Shown here piece after piece: positions 1 through 13,400 of a stretch of DNA of 64,000 nt. The notes beneath the pieces were generated by a model, which worked only from the letters and a program-made list of their open reading frames with translations, made no database searches and was not told where the DNA came from. The number at the start of each line of letters is the position of its first letter. The stretch's first letter is position 1. The translations under genes were made by a program, and so were the position numbers. The stretch is from the NCBI GenBank assembly GCA_905178155.1, contig CAJINV010000004.1:4582518-4646517 (forward strand), in the 5' to 3' direction. Origin of the DNA: Amoebophrya sp. A120. Lineage: Eukaryota > Protista > Dinoflagellata.

Positions 1-3000
1 ACAAAGGGGATGAAGAACATGAACACGACCAAAGCGGTAGTGCTGATGGGCGGGAAAGAACGAAGGAAATAATTCGGCTGAAGCACACCTGCTTTCCCAT
101 CCCGCAGGTTGCCATAGCAATGATCATTGGGAATGAAGGTAAAAGCGTTATGTCTGCGGAGGTCGAATAGTAGAATTTACATTTTTTTAGAATGTTTGTC
201 GTTCTTCGGCACCACCACCACGACATGCACAGTGGACGATTTCATCAATTTTTCGTCAATCCAGGTCGCACGGTGAACTGTTACGAGGAGAAGTCTGGGT
301 GCTACATTGGCGTTCGGCACGAGAGCCTGTGCGGAAAGGCGTATGGCATTGTGGAGATTGTTGGGTTCGACGCGGAAATTATCTACGCCGTGGAAGAAGA
401 CATTCACCAAATGGTGGACCGAGCGATAGAAATGTACTAAAGAGCCTTCACTTACTGTATTTAGCGCTGGTACTGCATCACTTGAATAGAGTACAACCTC
501 TGGTGTCTTTCTGCGATTGCACGGTCCTGGAAGAGGATTATTGTGCATTATTTTCTCAAAGTAAGCTGCATTTCATCTCGCCTGCGCGTACCACTTATGC
601 GTAATAATAGCGATGTGCTTGATCCTCGAAGATGAAATACATCACAGGAAAAGCAACCACCTTTTGACGGCTAACGACAACTTGACTCCGGCATCTCGCT
701 TGCGGCAGGTGCAGGGAAATAGAATGAAGCGGACATCGAGCCAGAGGACTGCTTTTTTCGACAAGCGGAATACATCTGGTGAAGGCGATCGCGATCCTGA
801 CGAGAAAAAGAATGCAAATACCGCTCCGGTAGAGGTGGACGAGATCGACCGGTTTGCCGGCACCAACGCTGGCGTGGCGCAGCAGCAGTGCATCCCGGAC
901 AGTAGCCGCACGGGTAGTTGCAATATTCAATCTTCACCATGTGAAGATCATTCTGTGTCAGATGAAGCTGTTGACGGCTCCTCGCCGAGGTCCCCAGCGT
1001 CCAAGCGTGCCAAAAGCAACACCGGTCGCGCGGTGACTATGGTAGTTCAACGGAAAGAACCTACTTCTGACCAGAAAATTTCATCTGTGGCGACGTTGCA
1101 GAAAGAACAAGGCCTGGCGCTGCCCGATGTGCTGGATGAGCCTTGTTCATCAACATTTTCACGGCCGGGTACAACAACAGCCGGACCTGCTTCAAACGGA
1201 GCTGACAGCGAGGAGGTGGATGCTGCAACGGCGGTTGTACTTGCAAATTTGACTCAGGAGCAACGATCCACCAAGAAGATGAACTTGTGCCGAGATTATG
1301 ACGGCAGTAACGTGCCCAACAGGCAAGTTACCCAAAGGGTTACGGTTTTTTTTTTTCGGTGTAAATAAGCTAGTTATATATTAACTAGCTAGTAAAAGTG
1401 GTTTGCTTTTAGTTAGGTTAATGGCTTATCTATATAAGCCGTTTCTCAAGGCTTCCAGGACGCTACATCGCCGATATCCACCTCCACGGATCCGCCGCGG
1501 AACCCTAGCAAAAAACCGAGGAAGTGCCCCATGGCGTGGCGTCTGTCTACTGCCCAGGCTTTCCATTGTGCATGGCCTGCGGGAGGTTTGGCGCAGCTAG
1601 CCGCATCCAGGGGATGACTTCCGACAAGACGGCACGGTCGAAACGCAAAGCCGCGCGCCGTGCTTATGAGAAAAGGCTGAGCAGCGTGCCATCGGCTGCC
1701 ACGGGGGGCTTCGCCAAAAAGCACCCGCAAGCCAAGGGAAACATGCTCCGCAGGCCGCGGCCTGCAAAGCCGCAGGCGAGAGGCTGGGGCGCGAGGAGGG
1801 TCCGCGGGAGGGGGTCCACGCAGGGCCTCCAGAAGGGCATACTTTTACCCCTAGCCCCGACGCTGTGGTCGTTTTGTCCGTTGCCAAAAAGGGAGCATCT
1901 CGGAGGGGCATCGCGGACGGGGATCCCGGACTCTCGTGTTGTCCTGTGTGAGGTCAATCTGTCCAGGTAGGAACACAATGAAGCCGGGGCACTTTGGATA
2001 GCCTCACAAGATGGCTCGCAAGCTCGGCGGAAAGTGGCAGCAGGGCACAAACCAAACACAGAAAAGGGCGGCAAGCTGCGACACGGTCGTCGCAGCTACG
2101 CCGTCCTGCTGCCTCGCCACAGGAAGCTGGCCACCGATCCTCTGCCCCCTGCGAAGCTTCGTGCCCTATCTGCGCCACGCCTTCGCGTGCAGTATCCCGG
2201 CGCTCCTGCGTGGAGACAACCGAGGCGATTCCGTGGAGCTGGATATCGGCGGAGTAGCATCCTGCAAGCCTTAAAAAACACCTTTTCTAGCTACTTAAAT
2301 CATATAACTAGTTCAACCACCTATCTTACATAAATATCTATATTGTATGTATAAGACCGACCGAAATTTTTTTTTTGATCCCCCATGGGTAACTTGGGCG
2401 TTGGGTACGTTGCTGCCGTCATAGAGATCAAGATGAAGAACATACAAAATCCACCAAGAAGATGAACTTGTGCCGAGATCAAGATGAACATGCAAAATCG
2501 ATTTCTCATGAACAAAGTGTAGTCACTGTTCCTGACGACGATGACGAGGACCGGGCTCTGATGAAAGAGATGGTGGCCAGCATCACGTATACAAACGAAA
2601 ACAGCACCAATTCCAACACCAACCAAAAAAATCCCTCCCGACCGCCCCCGCCGACGATTCCTGCGTTGAAAGAGCCACTATTGACCGACCACTTCCCGTT
2701 TTCCATGCGCTACGTGGGGCTGATCATTGGGAAGGAGGGGAATTCCATCCGAAAAATCAAGGTGCACTGCGAACTCGCACAGTTGACCATTCTGCAGGAG
2801 CACCAATTGACAAATTTCGATTTTGCGAAGCACATGCCGACCTTTACGGAGTGTTTCGCCGACCAAACGAACGGCGGAAAGCTTAACACGAAATTGTTCG
2901 CGGTCGCGCAAATGATGGGAACGCAGAAACAGGTATTCACTTCTTTACGGCAATATGCAAAAAAGAAAGTGAATGTGCTGAGTACAGTTGTTTTATACGA

Positions 3001-6000
3001 CATTGTAATCGCAGGAAACGAAGAGACAAGACAAGCAACCTGCGTTGATGGTGCCCGAAAACGAAAAGTGGCTCGGGAGCCTCCTTTCATGCTAATTTAC
3101 ACTTGATTCCTTCTTATGATTTCTGACTCGGCATAACTTGTTCTCTTCCGCAGAGCAAGTCACTGCTGCTGAATAAATGCAAAAAAACCTCGGCCAACAT
3201 CTTCTTCACACCAGATCTCCACGACTAAGAAAGTGCTGAAATTGATGATTGACTCGGCCGACCGGAATGCGAGGCGGCGGGAGCAGCAACAGAAGCTGGT
3301 AAGCCAGGGCCTTGCGTATCCACAGTAAATTTCCCGTACACGTAGTACAATGCTGTCTCTGCATGACAAAATTGACCTTCAATCTTAATCAGCATGACAA
3401 GTTTGACACTCAAAGTTAGCGAAATTTGCCATGCATTTGGTACATGTACGGGAAATTTGTATTGCATATTGCGCACCCGGACAGTATTCGACACGAACCC
3501 CGGGCGGAAAAGCTCCCGGGGCTGGAGTTTCTGGATGACGACCGGTTGTTGGACCTCTACCACCAGCAAGAAATGGTGTATGATTTTTCGCAAATGCCCA
3601 CTTGCTCTGCCGGACCATCCAATACTTCTTGGTGGAACAAGAGAGGCGCCCCCGGCACGTCAACTTCCTTGCAAGTAAATATCAATGTTGGCGGAGCTGC
3701 AGGGGGTCCGCGCCCGGGCGCCAGAGGAGCGAACCAGTATCAACATCATCAACACAACCACTACTACAACAACGCTAGTGTACTAGGTTCAGGTACAGGA
3801 GCTTCCTTTATTCAGCAAGCCGGTACACGAGTAGGAACAAATCAACATGCAGCAGCATCGTCTTATACAAATTCTTCTTCCGGCTCGCCCGTCCTGGCCG
3901 TCGCGGGCGGAGGGCCCAGCAGCACAGGAACCACGACGACGACCTCAGCAGAGAGGACCATTGGCGGCGGACATCTTGAAGAAGAAGCGAATATTAACAA
4001 CGCTAGTATATCCAAAACGGCCACACCTGGAGCAGGTGGGACTGATAGTACAAGTAGTGGAAGCGAAGGCGATGTCAAAGTTGGTGCGCCGTCGAATATT
4101 AAAACTACGACGATGTTGTTGGCGAATAAAAATACAACCAGCGATCTTGGACACCAGAGCCGCACTTCGACTTCAACACGAGCCCACTCCGGTGACAGCC
4201 TGAATGACACCATCTCCTTCGAAGTGCCCAAGCGGTAAGTGCTGTGGCGGAGTTTCGTTTTTCCACCTTGTTGCTGTTGTTCGTTCTTTGACTAATTTAG
4301 ACTTTACTTCATTTTCATTGCCCTTTTTTCACCTTCTATCTTTTCTTCGCTGTGGTTCTTAGTTGCGTATGTTCATGTTGCGGCAGCGTTTGTGACGCTT
4401 CAGACCTGCGGTATCCGCTTTGCGTAACTGTAATTCTTCATGGGACGAATTATAGCCAGTTTTTCGACTGGCATCTACTTGCGGAGCAGGTAAGAAACAC
4501 ATAGATACTGTGTGCACAAGAAGGACCCGTGCACTGGGGTGCTGCGCCCTTCAGCTAGTGCACTGGCGCTTTGCATGAACGTCTAGGCTTTTATTCCAAG
4601 AAGGAAGAACGTAGCCTGCTTCACACGTCGTCGTCCCGCCGACAGCTCCTCAGTACTTACTAGTGCTGCTAGTAGCTCGACGAAGATCATCTTCGCTCCA
4701 TGACCTCCCCCACTACACGACCAAAAACAGATATCTTGGGTTGCTGATCGGTAAAAAGGGTGATAGCATTCGGCGTTGGCGCGAAGAGGCTTCGCACTTG
4801 GGCATCGAAATCGTGGTAGAGCAGGCTACGAGCCCGGGTGCGGACCCGGAGGCGAACGGTGTCGTGAAAATTCGGGCGGCGTCGGGGGTGGCCTTGCAGG
4901 AGGTACTAGCCATCGCCCAGAAACAGAAGGAGAAAGAACAGCAGCTGCGGGCTGCACAACTTGGCTCTTCTAGCAACGATGATCAAGAAAAAACTGATGT
5001 TGAAATCGATCCGCTCTGCGGCCTTGCTGACTTGGATCTTGTTGTAGAGATGAAAGATGGGTCTTCGTCGTGTGTTGGGTCAACATCATCTTCTAATGCG
5101 GCCTGCTCCGCCCTCTCCGCTTCCTCCGGTACCTCCCCGCCGCTCTCTTCTCCCTCCTCAACCGAGAGCGGTAAAGCGATTTTTCCAACAGAGACTAAAC
5201 AGGAAGACGAAATCAAAACTTCTTCTACCATCGGTAATATGAAAACTAATATGTCTAGTCAAGACCATCAAGATCAACAGTCGACCAACAAATTGTCAAA
5301 TTCTAGTACCACCAAGACAGGTCGTAATGTGGTCCAACAAAAGGCACAACATCCGCCATGCATGATAGAACTGCGGAGCAAAATGACAAAGAGCTTGTTT
5401 AACACTATTGCGAGCGTGAAGCTGTCGCAACAGGGTCTTTTAGTACATGCGCCACAACATGGCAGCTTGTTGAGCAGTAACAATTACAACAACTACGTAA
5501 CATCTTCATCAGCATCCGCAACATCCTATCCAAACCACAACCACCACAACAATTTTTCGTCTTTTAAAGGTTCAGCGTCTGCAAGTTCATCTTCTTCGAG
5601 TTCCTCGTCGTATCATGGAAAAGGATCCGGATCCATAACATTATCATCATCGTCCTCTTCTTCTACTTGCAAAGGCTCTGGCTTTGCGTCTAAAGCTGGT
5701 GGCTCCTGCGTTACAACTGGTTCAACATCTTACAACAATTTTTACAATAACAGGATGAATCAGCAAAGCAAGGGATCTTTCGGGAAGCACATGCAGGGCA
5801 ACAGCTTGGGCCCGAACGGAAAGGGGAACGACAAGAGTCATGCGCTCGGAAACAAGGGCAGCTATTCATCATACAACAAGGACTACAGGGTGGAAAACTC
5901 GCACCAATCGCACCACAGCATGTCATCTGCTAGAAGTACTACTTCGCACGACCACACTTGTTCATCTTCAGACTCTACTAAGAACAATTGTAATAAAGCG

Positions 6001-8166
6001 ACATCAAGTAGTACTAGCAGTGGCAAAAACTACAACCACAGTTCGAAGTCATCAACGAAAAGCAGCTCCTCTTCGCCGAATATTGTCCCGCAGACTAACC
6101 GGAGGGAGTCGCCCTACATGCCCGTCGCGGGAAGTTCCTACGAGCACGGGAACAGTGTGCCGACTGTGAAGCTTAGCCCGTCCTCGTCGACTGACGGTAG
6201 TACTGCAGCCTCTGGCGTCCTCCATGTCAAAGGAAGTTGTGGTCCTGCAATGGGACCAGGTGGTGTACTTTCCAGCTACAGATCCGGGCCCTATGACCAC
6301 CACAGCGCTGCTTTCAACACCTACAACCCTGCTACTGGCGGCGCAACTAAGGGCGCAGCTAAGGGTTCAACATTTCAAGCCGTGGCTTCTGCAACGGCGG
6401 CGCCGGGTGCTTTTGCTGGTGCGGCCGCGCAGCAGTGGAACAGCTACATCGGAGGCAATTATAACTCCAGCGGGGTACACAAATTTGAAAATGATGATTG
6501 TAGCAGCTTTTTGATTTAGTAAAAGAAACTAAACCGTTTAGACCACACGTGCTGCAGGTGATCTAAATACTGAACAACAAATTTGCGACTATGCACACAG
6601 GTCGTGCCCAGCGCGAACCACGGCCGGGCTTGGCAACCGGAGCCGAGCCAGCAGTTTCCAAAGGGAAATCCCCAAGAACACGCGGCACAGATGAATGCAG
6701 CCAACGGAGCAGGAGCACGGGAAGATGAGGCTGCGCCGTCACAGGCACAATGGTTGGAGGCATTGGTTAACCAGATCCCGGGCTGTGGTGCTGGAACCAC
6801 GTCCAATGCTGGAGCTGAACAGGAGCACATGATCCAAGAAATTATGGGCGGCCCGTCATCTACCGCAGTTGTAGAAGGAGCATCTACAAGCAGCATGATT
6901 GAAAAACAAGCCGACGACTTCGAAAAGTGGCTGTTTGAAGACGTGATAGCGACGCCAGGAGCAGCAGGCAACGATACAACCATCGGAAATTTGTTGCAAG
7001 CGGCAGTGTCACGGGAAAACCATCAAGGACAAGATCCTAGTTGTACCCGGCACCTGTTGAGCCCACAGGACCAGACCGGCGAGAGGACAAGGAACATCGT
7101 TGCCGATCAGAACTACAACGCAACAGCAAAAGTAGAAGACCCGTCTGAAGATAAAAATTCTCTTTCACCGCCGACTGAGGATTTGCTGAATACCAGTGCC
7201 ATGCTGAGCTCTATGAGTCCCAGCCCAGCGAGCATTAGCAATCCAGAGTCTCTACTGAATGACTCCACGACCGGGACTACAAATGAAAATACCAACAGAA
7301 ATAAAAAGAACGACGACTTTCCTGCGAAGTTTTCCTCGGACAAGAACGACGCAGGAGTAAATGTCCAGCGAATGACCACCTCGTGCCGGGCAGCAGCAGC
7401 TGATGGCAACATCATCGACGAGGACCCCAACATTCTTGAAAGAAGTTCTTCTTCCACGACCGGTCGTGCCTCAGGCGTCGTCGTGGCACAACAACACGAT
7501 CAGTCCAACACGTCGGCCCCCGCCCAACATCTTGGTCAGCCTCAACATCACTTGTACCAGCCAGCAGCTTTGCCCGGAAGTTGTGTAGGTGCAGGTGGTA
7601 GTAGTACCGCAACTACTGGACAGCATCCGGTGGATCAGCAGGACAGAGAGGTTGAGAAACTGAACCAACTCGCCGACCAGGATACCATGGCCGACGTGCT
7701 TGCAGTGATGTGGAATTGCAATGCCAACAAACCTCCCACAACTTCTTCACCCGGAACCACACCACAGATGAACATGTGGGCGAGCGGAGGTGCAGGAGGA
7801 GATGGTCCTTTGTCTAGCACGTTTTCTTGCACATTGTCCAGCCCTACTACAACCTCGTGCAACATCACGCCCGGCCCCGGCGGAGTTGCGCAACCAGTGC
7901 CTCAATATTTTCCACCCGGAGCAGCGCCGGTGGGGGCGATGATGGTACATCAGTACCCGCCGATGGTGCAGCACAAGGGGGGAAATAAGCCAGGTTGCAG
8001 TGCTGGAGTAGGAGGCTTCAACTTTATCAACATGAACATGCCACCGGCCGCGGGGAAAAATACCATGAGCTGCAAAAGCGGCGCAACGCCGCTGATGGGC
8101 ATGAAGGGCAACTTTGTGGGCGGTTCCTGTGCTTGGCCAACGGCGAGTAATCAGATGAAGGGATGA
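1..8166 (+). CDS. Multi-exon KH-domain RNA-binding protein (3 KH domains, long low-complexity linkers), 5' truncated
   Basis: KH motifs after splicing: FPIPQVAIAMIIGNEG|RTVNCYEEKSGCYIGV, FPFSMRYVGLIIGKEGNSIRKIK, FEVPKR|YLGLLIGKKGDSIRRW. Inferred GT-AG introns 139-264, 434-647, 2933-3214, 4235-4730, 6475-6600 plus TIR introns at 1297 and 3317. Stop at 8164-8166. Confidence 0.8.
1297..2423. mobile_element. Long TIR introner (1127 bp)
   Basis: ~43-bp TIR TATGACGGCAG(T/C)AACGT.CCCAAC; DR GAGAT/GAGAT; removal joins ORF 613 to ORF 2462 in frame. Confidence 0.9.
3317..3468. mobile_element. Introner family F2 (152 bp)
   Basis: TATCCACAGTAAATTTCCCGTACA...TGTACGGGAAATTTGTATTGCATA; DR TTGCG/TTGCG; frame restored (QGLA|HPDS). 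Confidence 0.92.
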
Positions 8167-10476
8167 GGACCGTGATGCAAAGGAGACAACAGACTAGTCG
8201 GAGTTGTCACAGAGGTTATGTAGTACGTCACACGCTGGCTCTGGCACGACGCTATTTTCGTTTTTTCTGAAGCATGTTGAGCATGGCCGGGGCTGGACAA
8301 CACGCAGCGTTATGGCGCAGCAACCAGGCCACAATTTCTATTTCAAGAATTTCCCGAGCTGTCACATGCTTTTAGATATTTTTCGATTCCATAGGGCAAG
8401 CTTGCCAGTTGTATTTTGTTTGGAATTATACCTGTTTGGCAGCACAAATTTTGCGTCAGCGAAGTGAGTCCTTCCGTCCTTGCCTCCGCGATGGAGATCG
8501 CTTTCTTTGCGTGCCTCTCTGCAAAATAAGCTGACAAACGTATTTAATGCCTGACACGTCGACGTTCGATAGTAAGTTCATATTGACGTTTTACTTCGTT
8601 TGCTAGTTTAAGTTTTTGCTTCTTGTGTCTCAAAATTACGTGAGAATATAGGACACTACTATGTACCTGTTTTTCTAAATATTTATTTTACTCTATGGCA
8701 CCCCCATGGTCCGATCGTGACCGTAGGGATGCCAGTTCATTATCATTGCTGAGGCATATTACTATTTTTTCAAATCGAAACATTTTCACAATTATGCACT
8801 TTCATTTTTTGATACTAAACTAAAACTACCCGACATGATCAGGCGTAGCTCTTTCGAGTTCCTGCCACATGATTTCGCTTTCGATAGATGTGTTTACCAA
8901 ATACCAAGTATCTACTACAACAAGCACTTTTTAGGATGCAGTAGAACGCCACGCGTGTACCTTGTCGCTGCGCGTCGGCATCATCAACTTTTAGGCAGCA
9001 CCTGATCATGTCAATAACAATACTTTTCTGAAAATATAATACACGTAGACTTTGAAGACTTTCGAGAACATAGAAAAAGTAAGAAGCAAAAGCGATGTAG
9101 TTGACTCTCTGTGTTTGATAGCTGTATCCTTGTTTACGAGAATAACAATAAACATAGAAACTGTTTAAATATTTTGCACGTCGTAAAAATGATTCCATCT
9201 GATTATCGCACCGTGTCAGTGCTCGTTAGCTGTCCGGCCCTACCATGCTGGGTTGGCACAGCTCAAATGAGTGTTGATGGTGAGGTCGTCGGTGATCCTC
9301 TTGATTTCATATAGATAAACTTCGAAGGCCATAATTTGGAGGATTGTTCTAATATTTTCTATCATTTTCATCTGCGATAAACACTTCCAATACGATGGAC
9401 GAGCTGCGTGTTAGATGGCACCCGGGTATGGACACGACAGGATGGTGGTGGTGAAGACATCAAGCTTTGCTTTTCATGCGAGCAGCTGCTCGGTGTTGGC
9501 GATCTAATCTTCGCTTTCCCTGTTGAAGCGATAGAACAAAAGGCAAAACGTGCATAGTACCAGCACGACAGAGGTACTACAAACATTAACATAGCAGTGG
9601 ACATCCCATCCCAAGTGCGTGATCAACATGCGTCATCAAAACTAGCGGTCAAGTCGTGTTCTCTTGCGGACCCGTGCGGGTGCGCTGGCACTTCGTCGAC
9701 GCTGGACTTTTATCGCTTATGCTGGTTGGAAGTGCGCGAGCTTGCTCTGGCTCTCAACTATGGACAAAGGGTGGGCTGAAGACGTCAGTGATTTTCTCAG
9801 ACGCAGCGGAGCTATGTAGAGACACACATGAAGTACGTATACTTTTACGCTTTTCCTTCATGCAAGGCGCTTATAAAGTAGCAAGCTAACAAGGAGCCCG
9901 CCAACGTGAAGAACATTTTGTCGATCTCCTTACCCAGCGTGCCACCGATCATCATTCGACAAAAGATCCATTTTTAGACGCGAACCAACAGGGAGTATTA
10001 ACTGCGACTACAACATGCGGTACCCCTAATTGAGTGTGGTAGCGATGAAAGGAGGACGCACAGTGTCTTGAGAGCATCTTCTAGAGCTACTACAAAGCAG
10101 ACAAGGAGCTGAGAAATTTTTACAATGAGATTATAGATAAGCGAAATACAACCAAGAACCAGTGCCGCCTGCGCAGCGCCAATTTGTTTCTTGAACTTTT
10201 CGTGCTGCAGGGTTGTTGTTGAGAGGAAACAACTATTGAGAACTATCTTGCTGCGTGGCTCTACTTCTTAATCTTACGACGTGGTTGCGCCACCATGACA
10301 AAAACATAGTTGTACTGGGAAAAAATAGAGTGAGTACACAACAACTGGGCGTCAAGAAGAGCAGCAAACTAACTTCGTGACCTATGGCAGCCGCAGCTAT
10401 GAAGATGGGAGCTAAAGCACAAGTAGACCACCAAGCAAAAGCATGAAAGCATCAAGCTAGCACCGAAAAACCCAAA

Positions 10477-13400
10477 ATGAGTCGTTCGGGCTCGCCAAAG
10501 TCCTCGTCCGTCCGGGTTAAGGAGGAGGTTTCCGCTCCTGGAGGCAACGACGAAGAGGACGACTTTCTGGATGACGACGAGGTTCTCGGTGGGGGGTTGC
10601 TGGACGAGAATGAAGAAGACCTTCTCGGCGGCGGGTTGGAGAACGATGGAGAAGCTGGTGTAGATGACGACTTTGATGCAGAAGCAGAAGGAGAGGAACA
10701 ACCGCCGGCCGCAATAAAGGAAGAGGCCGAGGAGAATGAGGGTGACGACGACGACGCTTTCATTATACCTCCAAATAATCACGAGCGGGAGCCGTCTGGT
10801 AGCGGTTCTGTATTACCGCCCGGAAAAAGACGAAAACTTGCAGAGGACGCGCAAGACGATGAGAATGTCCATCAGGAGCTTCCGGCTGTCGGTAGAAGTA
10901 CCCCAGGACGAGATCACGACGACCCACAGCAACCGCAGTCCTCCGCATCGTCGACAGCGAAGCAAAATAAACTCCGCTCGACTTCCGTCGCACCTCCGGC
11001 TACTGATAACAACAAGGCTGCGCCAGCTTTTACCAAAGCAGGACTCTTTTCAAAAAAGGAGAACAATAAAGAAGGAAAAGCCACGACATCTAACTCCGTG
11101 GACCTAAAAGACGTGCACAAGCTGACAAGACAGCAAATCGAATCGCTGAACGACGAGCGCGAGCTTTGGTACGATTGGAGGGCGGTCGACAGGGATGCTG
11201 ATAACATCCTTCCCCCGCACGGGATCGAGTACCTCAGTATCCACAGTAATTGAGCTTGTTCGTTTCGTCGTGACATCAGTACACGTACAAAGAAATAATG
11301 ACGAACCTTTATTTATTGCGACATCAATTAACCTTTTGCTGAACTACATGTTCTAGCATCACAAGTTTCCTTCTCTACTAGTGTGGCGAAAATGATCAGT
11401 CATGCAATTACAGTTTGTCGTTGTACGTGATGTGTATATAAATTTGTGTTGCATACTGCGAATCGAAAACTTCAAGTCCTACGGCGACCGGGTCACTGTG
11501 GGACCGTTCCAGCGGTTCACCTGCGTGATCGGGCCCAACGGGATATCCTGTGCAAAAGTATCGTACTCGTCATATTGCAATCATGCATTACAAATCCTTT
11601 TGCTAAGGTAAATCCGCATTACAAATTTTATTTCTCATGCTGAGAAAATTTGTAATGCATTTATACGAGTGCGATACTTTTGCAGTTCATATGGGAGCGG
11701 GAAGTCCAACGTCATGGACGCGTTGTCGTTTGTGCTGGGCGTTAGTACAAAGGTAATACCCGATTAAGTAGTTCAAGATGACATTATAAATTCAAGGGTT
11801 TCCTGATGGTGCTAGTCAAAGCGATATCTGCCTCGATTGTACTCTCTCCTTTACGTTCTCCTGCAAGTTCTCGTTCTCCTGCAAGTTCTCGTTATCGTGC
11901 AAGTTGATGTAGTAGTAGTTCGTATTGATCCTGAAGTTAATATGGCAAAGACCTACTGGCTCTGGCTACTGCACTCCTAGGTTCTGCGGTCCAACAATTT
12001 GAAGGAGTTGATCCACCGCAAGCAGGGGGACGAGGGGTACGATCCGACCAAGCCATATGGGAGTGTCAGGATTGAAATCGACAAAGTTGAAATAACTTGT
12101 AATGCATAAAATCGATATCATTTGGAAGCCCAATTTCTAAGCGGCGCATGACAAATTTTCGGAGCACTTGAATCCGATTTGTCATGCTGTTTGGGCACAG
12201 AAGACTGCTTTTGTCATGCTCCTTTAGCAGCTCTATCCCAAACCCTAAATAGGCTCACAATCTGCCTCACTTACCCTCCCGGCAAGACAGGCACTTCATG
12301 CCTTGCATTTTATACATGACAAATTGTTTCAACTTTGTCGATTTCACTTCTGACACATCCATAAGCCAGCGCTCCGCGCCTCCGAGGTTTCCATGGTGTT
12401 CAAGCACGACAACGGGCTGCGGTCCGTCTTCTGCCGGTGCATCTCGAAGCAGGGGGTTTCTTCCTACTATCTGAACGACGAGGACAAAACGGCGGTGGAG
12501 TACCTCGCCGCGCTGACGAAAGTCTATAAAAGTGCACAACTCTCCCTCCCCCTCATTTGTATAGCATGAACGGCAATACAAGCATCAGCCAGAATGCCGG
12601 TTTTGCATGACAGGTTCCCGCTGGAGTGTAGTGCTATTTGGGCTGCCACCAGAACTTGTCATGCAAATAGTGCCACAAGGCAGCAACTATATTGGAGGTT
12701 TTGCATGACAAAAATGAGGGGGAGGGCGAGTTGTGCACTGTTATAAAGTGAACATTTTGTCCAAGGCCCGGAACTTTCTCGTTTTCCAGGGGGACATCGA
12801 CGGGCTCACGCGAAAGCAGGGGCAGGAGCTCACGAAGTTTTTCGAAACTATCTCGGGGAGCGACTACTACCTATCCTGTGCAAAAGTATCGTAGTCGTAC
12901 TAATTGCAAATATGCATGACAAATCTCCTTCCTAAGGTAAAACAGCATTACAAATTCCACTTTTCTTCTTGCCAAAATTTCTGATGCAATGTATACTAGT
13001 ACGATACTTTTGCAATGCATACTACCGCGAGGAGTGCGACAACCTGCTGAAAAAACACCAAGAGGCCGAGGAAAGATTGCGGCTGAAAAACACCGAGAAG
13101 CGAGAAGCCTTGGAAACCCAGAAAGACGTCGTCAAAAAGGCTGGGCAGGTATAAAAGTTGCAGCTCTTCTTCTTACACTTACTTTCTACTTCCGAACGTG
13201 AGTGCTGCCGGCGTTATTTGTCGCACACGACCAGCAGCACGACCAGGTAGAAGATCAGTGTGTACTAGAAAGCTGTAGTTATTTCAATCCTCTCAATAAC
13301 TCCCTCAGAGTCAGTGAGGAGTTTCACCTCCTTGATCTTTTCTTGACATACCACAAGAACCATTGTTGAGAAATTCTTGTTAACAACGACATACATTTGA

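Noticed and set aside
1403-2333. Short ORFs inside long elements (also 19274-20824, 52182-55180, 57857-58521) as transposases
   Set aside because: All under about 175 aa, overlapping on both strands, with no DDE or recombinase motifs; expected by chance in GC-rich DNA.
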